From Phoronis australis (Eukaryota; Animalia; Phoronida): a stretch of 64,000 nt of DNA. The stretch is from positions 4,333,180 to 4,397,179 of the forward strand of contig NMRA01000001.1 of the NCBI GenBank assembly GCA_002633005.1, in the 5' to 3' direction. Shown here in pieces: positions 1-11,614 of the stretch. Under the pieces are notes generated by a model. The model searched no databases, was not told the origin of the DNA, and saw nothing but the letters and a program-made list of their open reading frames with translations. Position numbers and translations under genes: made by a program. The stretch's first letter is position 1. Each line of letters begins with the position of its first letter.

Positions 1-525
1 ATAATAAAATTCCTTTTTGAGACACAGGGTCATGGTGGGAACTCTTTAATGTTGCCGGGAAGGGGTCTTGCCCCTCCCCCTTTGGCCGCGAAAAATAAAC
101 ACTAAAATGACACGGAAATAAATTTGGACATTTATCATGTTGCGGCTAATCGTGAGCATGTACTTTAATGTGTGTACGTGTGTTGGGCACAAACATTACA
201 TTTGTTCTCATGAGAAAAGCTTTTAGACCTTTTTCGCATATGTCTGCACTCGTTCTACTAGTCTGTGCCATTGTATACCCACGTGACCAAGGTTTCTTAG
301 AAGCACTTCAATAGTTTCTTTGTTGGGTTAATCCAGATCGACACAGCAGGGTGGCTTGGATACTTTAAACCTGGTTTTACTAAACCCTGGTCTAACAAAA
401 CCAACCTTTCACATTTTTAAACCACGTTGGTGAAATGCAAGTTAGGTCTAAAATTAGACCAGGTTTTGTTAAATCGCCTTTATGAAATCGGCTGATATTG
501 TCTAATTTCAGATTCCAGAAGCAAG

Positions 526-2784
526 ATGTTGTCCAGTTTGGTTATTCGGCGCTCACTGTCAACTGTCAGCAAGTCGGCGCCAATCGGTATTGTTGGTTTT
601 GGCCAAGTTGGTTCAGCTGTGGCAAAAAACTTACTAAGGAATGGATATGCACTGACAGGAGTGCATGACATTAACCCGTCAGTTTTGACCAGCCTTCCGT
701 CATCTGTGAAACGGTGCTCCAATCCTCGCGAAGTCGCTGAAGTTTCAGAAGTTACCGTCACTGCCTTGCCGGGGCCGCCCGAAGTAAAGCAGGCATTCTA
801 TGGAGATGACGGTCTGTTGGCTGGCCTAAAGTCAGGAGATGTGTGGATTGAACATTCAACCACTGATTATGAACAGACATTAGAGTTTGCCGCAAAGGTT
901 CAAGAAAAAGGGGCAGAGGCTCTTGAAGCGCCTGTGACTGGTGGCATGGCTCTTCTCAGACAAGGCAACATGACTATTCTAGCGGGTGGAAACGAAGAAA
1001 CGTACAAGAAATGTATTCCCATTTTAAAACAATGCGGTAAAAATCTAATCTATTTGGGCCCAATGGGATCGGCGACCATTACAAAGATCGTAACTAACAT
1101 GCTGGCGTCTACTAACACCGTTGCCATGGGAGAAGCTCTGATGATTGCCAAGCGAGCAGGAATCGATCTTAAATCTTACTGGGATGCAGTCCGGTATTTA
1201 CCATTTAGTTATTGCTTAACGTGTTTACTTTGATCACTGTAGGCTAACCTGTAAATATGTGTCTGGAATTACAGGGCTTGGAAACCAACTCTTATACAAC
1301 CGTACTCCTACAGCAAACAATTTTTAGTGCAAGTGGCCGAAGTACATTTCACTGATTCTAAGGGTTGTTTTTATGGTCGCTTGCTCTAAAATTGTCTGCA
1401 GCGAGTACCCGAATGTGGTTGGAGTTCAGGTTCCGTGGTAGAGATGCATTAGTGCGGTCTTTCCGTGTTTGGCAAGAATGGTTTCCTACCAATGAATTAA
1501 ACCGCTTATTTCCAATGTCATATGTTGAACCAAATGTTTTGGGTAGGCACAAGGCTATCTAATAGGTTGAAATCAAGTCTAAAATGGGTGTCTAAATCTG
1601 GAAAGTAGCCTTTACATAGCGTGTAGTTGGCTTGTGGTTTCCTTGTCGTTCTCGAAATTGTTCATCTTGAAGTAGGCCCTACACGTACTCAGGGGTTCTC
1701 CCGCTGGATGGGTTTGTAGGAATGCGGTTGAAACTCGGATGGGTATTTTGTATTAGGCTATCGGCTCTGGTGAGCATTTTGTCTTCAGGTATCGTCTCGG
1801 GTGGGTGTTTTGTCCTCCGATATCGTCTCGGGATATTTTGTCATCGGGTATCGTCTCGAGTGATGGGTATTCTTCCTCAACTATCTGTCTCGGGTGGGTA
1901 TTTTTCCTCTATTATCGTCTCGGATGGGTATTTTGTCCCCAGGTGTCATCTCTGGTGTGTATCTTATCCTCAGCTATCGTCTCCATGGGCGGCGCACCTT
2001 AGGGGGCTGTGGGGGAGCTATAGCCCCCCACTTTTTTCAGTGCTACGCCGCACATGGTCTATAGGCGGTGCACCACCGAGAGGGGCTGAGGGGGCTTTAG
2101 CCCATGGTCTCTGGTGGATGTCCGGTCTTCGGTTATCGTCTGGGATTGGTCAAANGCTCGGGTAAGGGGTTTCATAGCTTGGTACCCATCTTTTCCGGGT
2201 ACTAAGGTATTGCGTCGGTCTGGACTTTTTTACCAATCGGAGGCACATCCCTATCCATTATTTAGGGAAATCATGACAGAGTTTCGGCTTGACGGCTGGC
2301 TGCAAGAACGATTTTGTGGTCTCGAATTCTGTTTCGAGTTAGTCTCAGTCAAGTTCACACACGGAGATCTTTGTCTAGGTCCCCTTATCCGACAATTTGA
2401 TAACACGTACTCGACATATATTTCAGATTCAGTGCTGGTAACAGTTACGTGTGGGAAACTGAAGTACCCCTGGTGTTTAATGGAACCTACGACCCACACT
2501 TCACGCTGAAACTCCAGTGTAAAGACATGAATCTTGGCTACAACTTAGCGCGCAAGTTCGGCCTGCCACTTGAGCTCCACAGTCTCGTGGAGCAAGTCTA
2601 CAACAGAGCACGTCTGACGTACGGCGATGATGCCGGCTCGTCGCATCCTCCCAAGCTAACAGAAGACCAACTGAATGCGCCGTGTCAAATTGAAGGCTTT
2701 GATGATTGGACCTACACCGTGGAGAACGTGAACGGCTCGCTGTGTGTAGTTCACAAAAAGAAAGGCGACCCTCTGGACTCTTGA
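526..2784 (+). CDS. NAD(P)-dependent beta-hydroxyacid dehydrogenase (3-hydroxyisobutyrate dehydrogenase / 2-hydroxy-3-oxopropionate reductase family); coding exons 526-1193 and 2427-2784
   Basis: Rossmann motif IGIVGFGQVG, EAPVTGG substrate motif, catalytic Lys in TKIVTN and C-terminal FTLKLQCKD. A GT-AG intron at 1194-2426 joins ...WDAVR to FSAGNSYVWET in frame. The N-terminus (MLSSLVIRRSLSTVSK) resembles a mitochondrial transit peptide. An acceptor (tttcag) just upstream of the ATG implies a 5'UTR exon. Confidence 0.9.
1730..1985. repeat. Degenerate ~31-bp minisatellite (tatcgtctcgggtgggtattttgtcctcagg) in the dehydrogenase intron
   Basis: About 8 visible tandem units. It explains the spurious ORFs 1722-2165 and 1805-2002. 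Confidence 0.8.
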
Positions 2785-2879
2785 GACGCTGAGCTATCTG
2801 TGGGTTTAGTGACCTGTCTGTGGGTTTATTGATAACAAAGCGGTTACGTAGGTCTTTATTCCGAAGTCTGAGCAATCAA

Positions 2880-4917
2880 CCAAATATTTACATAACTATA
2901 AATTTAAGCTCAGTAAAATATATATTTTTTGCTTGATACCAATCTGCCACTTATTGAATCACATGACTACGTCTTTTTAATAAAATTTAGAAAAATACAA
3001 CATTCATAGCAAAACAATGGCATTATAACATGATCAATTCTCGTTTCGTTAACGTTCAAAACAAAATCTCTGAAACACTGCAACTTTTTTGTTTTCATAA
3101 AAATTAAGCACTCCTATTTTTGAGAACCCCTTTTGGAAAAGTGGATCATTCTAAAAAAAAACAGTTTCTATAGTCGTTTGGAGAACAGTGCTTAGTATCT
3201 GAACGTTCATTTGAACCCCATAGGCCGTTTCTGAGACATCTGTGTTTTAAAGTACATTTTCTAGGGTCCTGTACATAACTTTAAGACAATGTTACAGCAC
3301 AACGCAGCCTGTTGTACTGGTTGTATTGGAAGAAACTTTAAGAGGCCGCACGTAAATGTATTTTCTTGAGTGAATTGTCATCTAATGCTCCTGAATAGCA
3401 AGTGTCCAGAAAGTCATTTGCTGTGGGAAAACTATCAATCCGTATGTACTATTTACACTTGGTGTATGCTTTGCCCTCACAGTGAGTTATAGTGGAATTT
3501 TCCGATAGTATAAGCCCCAAGGCATATGAAATCTACCTCACTTATCTCGTCATCGTATAACTCGCCAGTCTGCATTCGTCGCCTCTCTTTTTCTTGGTCC
3601 CGACTACAGGTCCATTCATTCACAAGCAAAAGCTCGTAGTTAGGTTGTCGTTTTCTCTCAACTCCGTCATCCCTCAAAAGCAGAACCTGTCCTGGCATTA
3701 ATTCTTCACGTAAGTCGACACTAATGGGCAACTATGATCATGATATCTGAGTTCAAGCAAATGCTCGATGTAACAAAAATGTTGCATAGAGTTGTCAATC
3801 AAAGTCAGACTTCACTCTAACAAAAAGCATTTAAAACATCCAACTCTTCATAACACAGTCTCAAAAACATCTTTGTGGCTTACTTAAGTGAGTTCTCCTT
3901 AGCAGGTGCCTTAGCTAGTTTTTATTTTGTATCCACGCTTAATTGTGGACTTGTGCCTAATTGTGGATCTTAGACCTACAGTGGCGGATCTACGATTTCA
4001 GCAAGGGGGGTTTAAGATTCCCGCCAAGGTCGAATCCTAGGCGCGTGGCGCCGAGCGGGAGGAGGTCGGCAGGGGGGTTTCCCCTCCCGTGTAAGATATT
4101 TTTTGTTTTTGTAGCCAGATAGTGAAATTTCCATGCATCCTGGTAAGTTTCTGGCACTTAACATGTCTCTGGAGTTTTTCTTAAGATAATTAAAAACCCT
4201 TCTCGATTTCGTCACATGAACTTGGCTCATAAGTTTCGTGAAACCATATTGTTCACATCTGGGTATAAGTCACGCCACCAGCAAAACTTTTTGTTGGAAC
4301 ATCTGCTTACACACACCTTTTTAGCATACGAAAAGTCGTATACGAAAAAGTGTGGTGTGTATACAGGGGTTTAGACAATTTCCAAATATTCAANCCAAAT
4401 ATTTACATAACTATAAATTTAAGCTCAGTAAAATATATATTTTTTGCTTGATACCAATCTGCCACTTATTGAATCACATGACTACGTCTTTTTAATAAAA
4501 TTTAGAAAAATACAACATTCATAGCAAAACAATGGCATTATAACAGGATCAATTCTCGTTTCGTTAACGTTCAAAACAAAATCTCTCGTTTTCGCTCAAC
4601 TCCGTCATCCCTCAAAAGCAGAACCTGTCCTGGCATTAATTCTTCTCGTAAGTCGACACTAATGGGCAACTATGATCATGATATCTCAGTTCAAGCAAAT
4701 GCTCGATGTAACAAAAAATGTTGCATAGAGTTGTCCATCAAAGTCAGACTTCACTCTAACAAAAAGCATTTAAAACATCCAACTCTTCATAACACAGTCT
4801 CAAAAACATCTTAGTGGCTTGCTTCAGTGAGTTCTCCTTAGCAGGTGCCTAAGCTAGTTTTTATTTTGTATCCACGCTTAATTGTGGACTTGTGCCTAAT
4901 TGTGGATCTTAGACCTA
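2880..4917. repeat. Near-identical local duplication: 2880-3070 plus ~3648-3978 recurs at 4395-4917, joined at a single N (4394)
   Basis: Read directly. The second copy lacks ~3071-3647 and lacks the CAGTGGCGGATC element that starts at 3979. Confidence 0.9.
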
Positions 4918-6681
4918 TAGTGCGCTCATGTGCGAAACATTAGAGTAGAAAAATCTTGAGACAAATCTTTTCGCATATCGGCGCTTGGCATGCGCTTTCT
5001 TGCGGGGTTTTGCATAGTTGTTTTTACTTAGGTATTACTGAACTGATACTTACGGCAAAAACATTTACAATGAAATTAGATTTAAATAATACATCATGAC
5101 GAAAACTAGAGAAATATATAAGAAGGATTGTTTATTTAAAAACAACCTTTAAAGTATACTGGTTATCAAAATTCTGGCACGTTCTATCGGACCATTACCC
5201 GGTCAATGATCATGCCGGTTCATTTACATGCAAGTCGTCGCTAGTCGCGTCCCGAAGGTGACGAATTAAAAGAATACCAGGCCCGGTTTTGGATTATTGA
5301 CAGACATTAACAACGACTTTGAGTTTCCCATCCAGTTCTCTGTAACCCTCCAATCTCAAAAGTTAGGAGCAAAATTTGAAAATTCCTTACAAAGTCTTCT
5401 AAACCGATAAGCGTGACTACGCTTTAGGCAAATTACATAACACGAATTTTTGAGAATATGAACTTTTACTTGAATCCTCAGCCTTACTTATGATTCAAGT
5501 GGGTACGCCAGTGATGCATTAGCAGGTGACACACCGGCGAGGACTGGTTGAAACCACCAAAATAGGGTTTACGTGTTAAGCGGCCAGGTAGTTTGAATTC
5601 GAAAAATGGCAGATTTTTTACCTTTGTAATAGGTTTAGTACAAATGTAAGCCCAGGCTTACATTCGACAAAAGGGCCACGCAACATGTCTCAAAGAGTTG
5701 CTTTTTTCTATTTTTCTGACGCGTAAAATAAGGTAGTGATTGCTAAATGTATTTGACTGTAAACAACAATCAATATTCCGTGATTTACAGCGTGTCGGTG
5801 TGGCAGTTGAGGTTGCACGGTGGTCATCGGAGACTTCTCATACACCGTGCGTCATATCCATTTTATTTAGCTCGAGAAACGCACCGGCCGTCGAGATTCG
5901 AACATATAGTCTTAGTCGAAAGGCTCGCTTGTTCCCCGTGTGTCCGCTAGGATGAGAACACGCAGGTATCATTTAATTTTCTTCGGGGAATATTTTTACA
6001 CCGGCGTTTCTGATTGGCTGGTCGAATTTTCAACAGTTAGCGCTTTACGTAAACAAACTGGCATGACTGATGGACGAGTAAGTGTAGTATTGTATGCATT
6101 AAGTTTGTGGTTTGGTGTTCAGACAAATCGGTGCCAAATTGGGATATGTTCAATCGGAAAGTTGTGGTTGTGCCTTTTCGGTGTGCATTTTTCTACCGTC
6201 GCTGACTTTTGTTTACGTTGCTGTCCTGTATTCACACAGTATGAATAACACACCGGTCAAATCGAACAGAAATGTGTGTGCGTTGTACGAGTGTGCTTCA
6301 AGCACGCGGCTGTTGAATTCATTACTGCAGAAACGAAATAATATATTTTCTGTCACGCCACTTGCATGACAAGGCTAAAAATCTTTCATAGTCCGCTATT
6401 GTCTTTCTTTGTTGTAAAACTAATTAATAACTGCCGAGGTTACATCAACCGTGAAAAAACGCTTGCTGCTGAATGAAACCTGCCTGTTTTCAACCCCCTA
6501 ACGGACACGCAGCGAACCAGCGAGTCTCTCGTCAGAGCGTTGAAATATGTGCGTCCCGTGACCATGCATGCTGCGTGACTGAGGGAACGAAACTTCCGGT
6601 TTTTGTGAATGGTTCGCGATTACCTGGTAAGCCGGTCAAAGCAATCTTAGAGAGGGGGCGAGGGAGGGGGGGGGGGGGGGG

Positions 6682-6726
6682 NNNNNNNNNNNNNNNNNNN
6701 NNNNNNNNNNNNNNNNNNNNNNNNNN
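6682..6726. other. Assembly gap (N run) inside a poly-G tract; single Ns also at 2155, 4394, 22537 and 55585
   Basis: Seen directly. Confidence 0.99.
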
Positions 6727-7642
6727 GGGGGGGGGGGGGGGCGGAGAGACACAGAATATTAGAAATTTGTTCAACCTGAGAAATACAATTCACGTGTTTA
6801 GAATGACTGCGTCATACTAATTATAGATTTCTATAAAGTTCGGTTGCTGAGAGCCAATTAGAAAGATTCCGTTATTTATGTCTCGAAAGTTAAAGACGGC
6901 AAAGTTTGACACCAATCGTGCCATGCTTAGGTAATTATTAGTATTCATTACTTTACTGAGCCATTTACGGTGAATCAGTTTGACAGCTAATTGTTTTCTT
7001 CTTATGTTAATTATCATGGCACTCAAAAAGTCCATGGACTTTGATACAATGTGGTCGAAAACAGCCTTGTTAAGTAACATTTTAATGACGGTAAGTATAA
7101 ATCAGAGCATTGTGTAAAAATATGTAGGCCTAAAAATGAAAACCATTGATATTTCCATAAGTATGATCGAATGGGCGTGATTTTGGATTTGTGTCAGAGC
7201 TCACGTTATGCCTGATCACGTGGAAATATTTATTTCTAAGGAATGGGACGGGGTGAAAACTGTCTTGCCTAACGTAATACAGGCCTTGCCCCCCTGCACA
7301 CCGAAGCGCGAAGGAAAGGCACAGTGATTCTTACGCGGTACGGTGGTCAATCTGGCACTAAAAACACCCTGTATGCTCAAAATGTTTCGCATAATTTATT
7401 TCCAAGTTCAACGAATGTTTTGTAATCTGAAATACGAGCTAAATCTTAACCTAGTTACCCACGGCCCGGCCACTGAATAGGCAGACGCGCTCACCGCGAC
7501 AACGGAAGACAGTGTTGAATCCTCAGGGTCGGGCTTAGTATTTCGCTCTTTTAGCGTGACCCGCGAGATTTGAGGAAGCTGTGATTTTTTGATAATTGAG
7601 TGTCTATGATTCAAACAGACACACGCAAGGGTAGGTGAGCAT

Positions 7643-7776
7643 CAGTGGCGGATTTAGAGGGGGCCATGCCCCCCGTAAAATTCTCCCAGGTTCCATTTGG
7701 TAGTTCGGGGGTGCGAATGTCTGACGGGCAAAGTCCTGGCTAATACTCTGCCCCCCAACTCAAAATCCTGGATCCA
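7643..7776. mobile_element. Short member of the CAGTGGCGGAT-terminus MITE family
   Basis: Starts cagtggcggatttagagggg and ends ...cccc...aaatcctggatcc. The same termini occur at 3979 and 20328-21331. Confidence 0.6.
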
Positions 7777-7926
7777 CTTCAATCCGAATGCTTCTGCGCA
7801 CCATTTCCTTTCGTCAGCAAGTCAGTCTTTCGGATTCCATTTAAAGTTGTTGACATTTCAGTACATCGTTCATCAAATTTTCTTGGTGAAAAACTTGAAT
7901 TTCGTGAAGGTTGTTTTCTGAAAATT

Positions 7927-8247
7927 TTAAAAGGATACTAAACCCTGTTTTGATGATTTCCACCAATCTTCGTTCTGTCACCTGGTAATGCATTATTGGC
8001 GTCAATCTCCCAAGTTAAATGCAGGATCAATTAAAAATTGATACTCCCCATGTCACAGATTGGACATTATGATCCTTGGCGGGTATTCTATTCCCACAGT
8101 AGGCGTGTCATTCGCTAAAAGCATAGGTCAAGCTTGCTCGTTTAGCAGACTTTGAAGGGAGTTTTCAACTTTTCTTCCCAACTTTTGAGGGCTGTCAAAG
8201 GTTACAGAGCATCATTTTGTTGAGGTTTCGGGTTTGGTACCCTTTAA
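7927..8247. mobile_element. Non-autonomous DNA transposon (TTAA-flanked, AAGGATAC...GTATCCTT termini; Kolobok-like), copy 1 of 4
   Basis: Left end ttaaaaggatactaaaccc, right end gggtttggtaccctttaa. Homologous copies at ~12377-12732, 27041-27408 and ~47997-48310. Confidence 0.7.
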
Positions 8248-8394
8248 GTTTAAATCTTTTGTGTAAATTAAGCCCGAGTTGTATACCATTGTTTATGACC
8301 AGACACTACCACGCTTACGCTATGGGCATGGGCTCATGAGGGAATGAAGCCTAGGGCTTTTGATCTTGTGAAATACCGTTTCCAGTGGGTCTGT

Positions 8395-8803
8395 CCCCAG
8401 TTGCACGAAACCGTCCCAAATAGGGTCTCAACTAAGTTTCCTAAATCATCTGCGTATTTGTGGGCATATGAAAACACTGGTGTTTGAGTATCATTATTAA
8501 GGCAATTTTTGGTTTTGATACACATTAAGAGTGGACTCTGCGTTGAATTCTCATTGTTATTGAAATAAGAAGAGACCTTTTCATGCAACGCCCCTAATTT
8601 AAGACTAAGTCCCTAATTGATTGAATAAAGGACTGTTTTAGTGATATTACAAAAAAATGATATCAGTCAAAGAGGAGCTGATAATAAAGTTAAAATGTTA
8701 AAAAATATGACATCTGTGAGCAAAGAACAAAAAAAAAAAAATACGCGAAAGATTTAGGGAACTTAGCTGAGTCCCTATTTGGGACTGTTTCATGCATCCG
8801 GCA
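8395..8803. mobile_element. MITE with ~50-bp imperfect terminal inverted repeats
   Basis: Left tgcacgaaaccgtcccaaatagggtctcaactaagtttcctaaatc is the reverse complement (with mismatches) of right gatttagggaacttagctgagtccctatttgggactgtttcatgca. Confidence 0.75.
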
Positions 8804-8957
8804 ACTGGGGTACAATTGCACTGGTTCCTATAGAAGTTTGTGCAAATGGTGTTTGTGCAGCTCTTACGTTTGAAGATTAATTACCATATTGCTGCCTGTG
8901 TTACATGCATACGTCTGCGAGCACCACCACACGACCAACAGACGGTCCAATTTGATA

Positions 8958-9023
8958 GTTGCTACAGTTACTGTAGAACCCCATTCGAACACTTCTACAG
9001 AGTAGTTCTGTGACTATAGCAAC
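8958..9023. promoter_or_regulatory. Two candidate RFX X-box motifs upstream of the TMEM249-like gene
   Basis: gttgctacagttac (8958-8971) and gtgactatagcaac (9010-9023) fit the GTNRCY-N-RGYAAC X-box consensus, 160-225 bp upstream of the ATG. Confidence 0.5.
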
Positions 9024-9182
9024 AAGGATAAAACGTCACTGATTATTGTGCACAAATCGCTCAACTTGTGTCACAAATTCTTGTTTGATGGCAATGACAC
9101 GTGGCATGCACGAATATGTAAAGACTGATGCACGCGCACAAAGTCGTAAAACATTGATTGTAAAGTTGCCGAGTTGTAAAAC

Positions 9183-9944
9183 ATGGAGAGGCCTACCCAG
9201 GTCCATTTACCTCCAAGAGAACACCACGGTATCTTTGCAAGTTGGAATTTCCACTTTCTGTCGAAAGCCGAGGATGAATTCAAGAAACACTTAGATTCAT
9301 GTTCAACATATCCTTTCGTTGAAAGGTTTCCAGGCGTTTTTGAGTTGAAAGCCTTTCGTTTCGTTAATCCAAGATTTTGGGTGGCTATAGTTGTAAACAT
9401 TGGACTGGTCATAGGATGTGTTTTGGTATACCGGACGGAACCGTTGGATCAACATTTAATTCTTTTTATATTGCCATGGCTCGTGACGGTTACAGTGATA
9501 AAAAACTATTCACAAAATAAACTCTACGTGATCGACACTAACGAGAGATATTACAAATTTTTTCGTGGAAATCATCTCGTGTATTACGGTCATTTTCACA
9601 ACATTTACATTCGATTGAAGGGCATAAAGTCAGCTAATGGAGATATGTTCGTTTCGGCCTGTGTCGGTGGTTTTATGATTGACACATATAAAATTTCCGG
9701 AGAAAGTAGCAACATCGAGCGAATGAGAAGACTAGGTCGCCGCCTTGCGACAAGATTGAATTTAAATTATTTTGACTTCTTTGACACGTCTCCATTCCAT
9801 GTTGTCAGACACCGGTGTCCATACGAACACTTAGTTTATGATGCATCGTCAAGAACAGACGAAGAAACAAAAATCGTCAACTACAGGCGCTCTGTTGCAC
9901 CGATGTCCCGTTTTCAGCTCACAGGGCCTTATTGCGAGGTTTGA
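9183..9944 (+). CDS. TMEM249: Cation channel sperm-associated auxiliary subunit TMEM249-like (single-exon CDS, 253 aa)
   Basis: Two hydrophobic helices (FWVAIVVNIGLVIGCVLVY; LILFILPWLVTVTVI) followed by motifs I recognise from the TMEM249 family: GHFHNIYIRL and LGRRLATRLNLNYFD...S..HVVRHRCP. The ORF is uninterrupted. Confidence 0.8.
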   Translation: MERPTQVHLPPREHHGIFASWNFHFLSKAEDEFKKHLDSCSTYPFVERFPGVFELKAFRFVNPRFWVAIVVNIGLVIGCVLVYRTEPLDQHLILFILPWLVTVTVIKNYSQNKLYVIDTNERYYKFFRGNHLVYYGHFHNIYIRLKGIKSANGDMFVSACVGGFMIDTYKISGESSNIERMRRLGRRLATRLNLNYFDFFDTSPFHVVRHRCPYEHLVYDASSRTDEETKIVNYRRSVAPMSRFQLTGPYCEV

Positions 9945-10197
9945 ACACTCAACTCCTAATTTGCCACGTGACTTGAGCATAGGTCTACTGCTACATCTGC
10001 TTGGTTGAGTCCCCTGGCCGGAGACGGAGAGTTCCATGCGGCGGGAAGGTACGGATGACTCCACAACTATACCTATTATGACTCAGTAGTTTTGTGGGGA
10101 AAAGCCAAAAATAGATTGCGTTCGGGATTCCACGAAATCTAAGGACTAGGCGATGCACAGTTAACTCCTTTCAGTGATCAGCATGAAAGCCGGCGTG

Positions 10198-10328
10198 CGT
10201 TCAGTAATGTTAGGACCTACGTTAGTACCTAGCTTAAATCTAGACAAAGTCACGTGTTCTCATTTAAAATACACGGCAATATCTCACGAAGTTTTGCTTT
10301 TTAGCGAGGTCCTAGAGTTACTGAACGG
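10198..10328. mobile_element. ~130-bp hairpin MITE (gttcagtaa...ttactgaac); second copy at ~11473-11601
   Basis: Terminal inverted repeats and a shared internal sequence (aatctag.caaa.tcacgtgtt.tcatt.aaatacacg.caata) in both copies. Confidence 0.65.
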
Positions 10329-11614
10329 GAGGCCGGATTGATCAGGTCAACGAATGCACACTAATTCTGAAGAAGGGCACGTCGTGTGTACATTTTTCAG
10401 GTGCACTGCATTTCTGCATTCAGTCCCATGTCTGACTAACTTCTAATCGACAAACCTTCACTTTTGCCATAGGAAAGAAACATTAGCTGGATATCGGGTA
10501 CGTTTACCCTCTCCGCACCAATTGTTGCTTCATTTTTTCAACGCACTGTTTGAATATCATAAATCGAGCAGAAATTTGACCGTGAATGTTATCCAGTTAG
10601 GAAATTCCATTGAAAAAATGAGCGATAGTTTGTTGATACTCGTCTTCACAGGATCACGGCCACATTATATTGTTGAGCGCAAAGTGACTTCAATAGTATT
10701 TTCACTGTATTATTAACCTAAGACTCAGGCTTAGAATCATAATGGATCCTAGCAAGCATTATGTATATATTGATTTTTTCATTTTTAGAGTTTAAAGACA
10801 GTAGTTGTGAAGTGGTTATTAAAAAACAAATATTCGAAAACTGGCGGGAATGTGTTCACAGTTGATTTGTGCAGACATAAGAAATTCGGCTCGTATAACG
10901 GTACGTTGTACTACGTCAGTAGATCTCTACAATTCCCGCTGTTGTCAAGAGGCCTGTTTATGAGAAAAAATCATCTAGATCCTGTTGTGCGGAGTACCGC
11001 AATTACGACAGCTTCACGGCAATAAAATACTCAGAGATAAAACACCGAATTGATTTATCGTGGCCGGACTAAAACTGATTTTCCCACTGTTTGGCTTCAG
11101 AAATTGAAATCCTCGTAAAAAGCTGTTAGGATCACTTTTACCCGAAGAATGATATGGTAAAAATTTCGCTAGCTAAAATAGACGCGCCAGGTTTCGGTTT
11201 TTGTTGAAGAAATCCGGGCAAATGTACGTACAAATTTTCTTGGCGTGTATGGGTTCAAAAACACCACTACATCCGCTACCCACTTCAAGGAGAGTCCAAG
11301 TCTTGTTGATGTAGGCCTAGTACATTTGGTGACTCGTACCCTAGAATGCAAGACACTAAAAGCATTTGCACACAAGTTAGTGATTTAAATAATACTGTTG
11401 AAATTAGCCCAAAGTTCCACTCCCGTGCCCCGATTTGTATAGCATAATAATACATTTGGCCATCCTGAATTGAGTTCAGTGACTGTCTCGCGGTTAGAGA
11501 ATCTAGCCAAAATCACGTGTTGTCATTAAAATACACGCCAATACCTCGCATAGTCTCATGGAGTCTCGCTTTTCTAGCGTGGTCCTGGCGTTACTGAACT
11601 CTACCCTGGCGACT

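Noticed and set aside
6473-6820. Gly/Pro-rich ORFs spanning the N run
   Set aside because: Artefact of poly-G plus the assembly gap.
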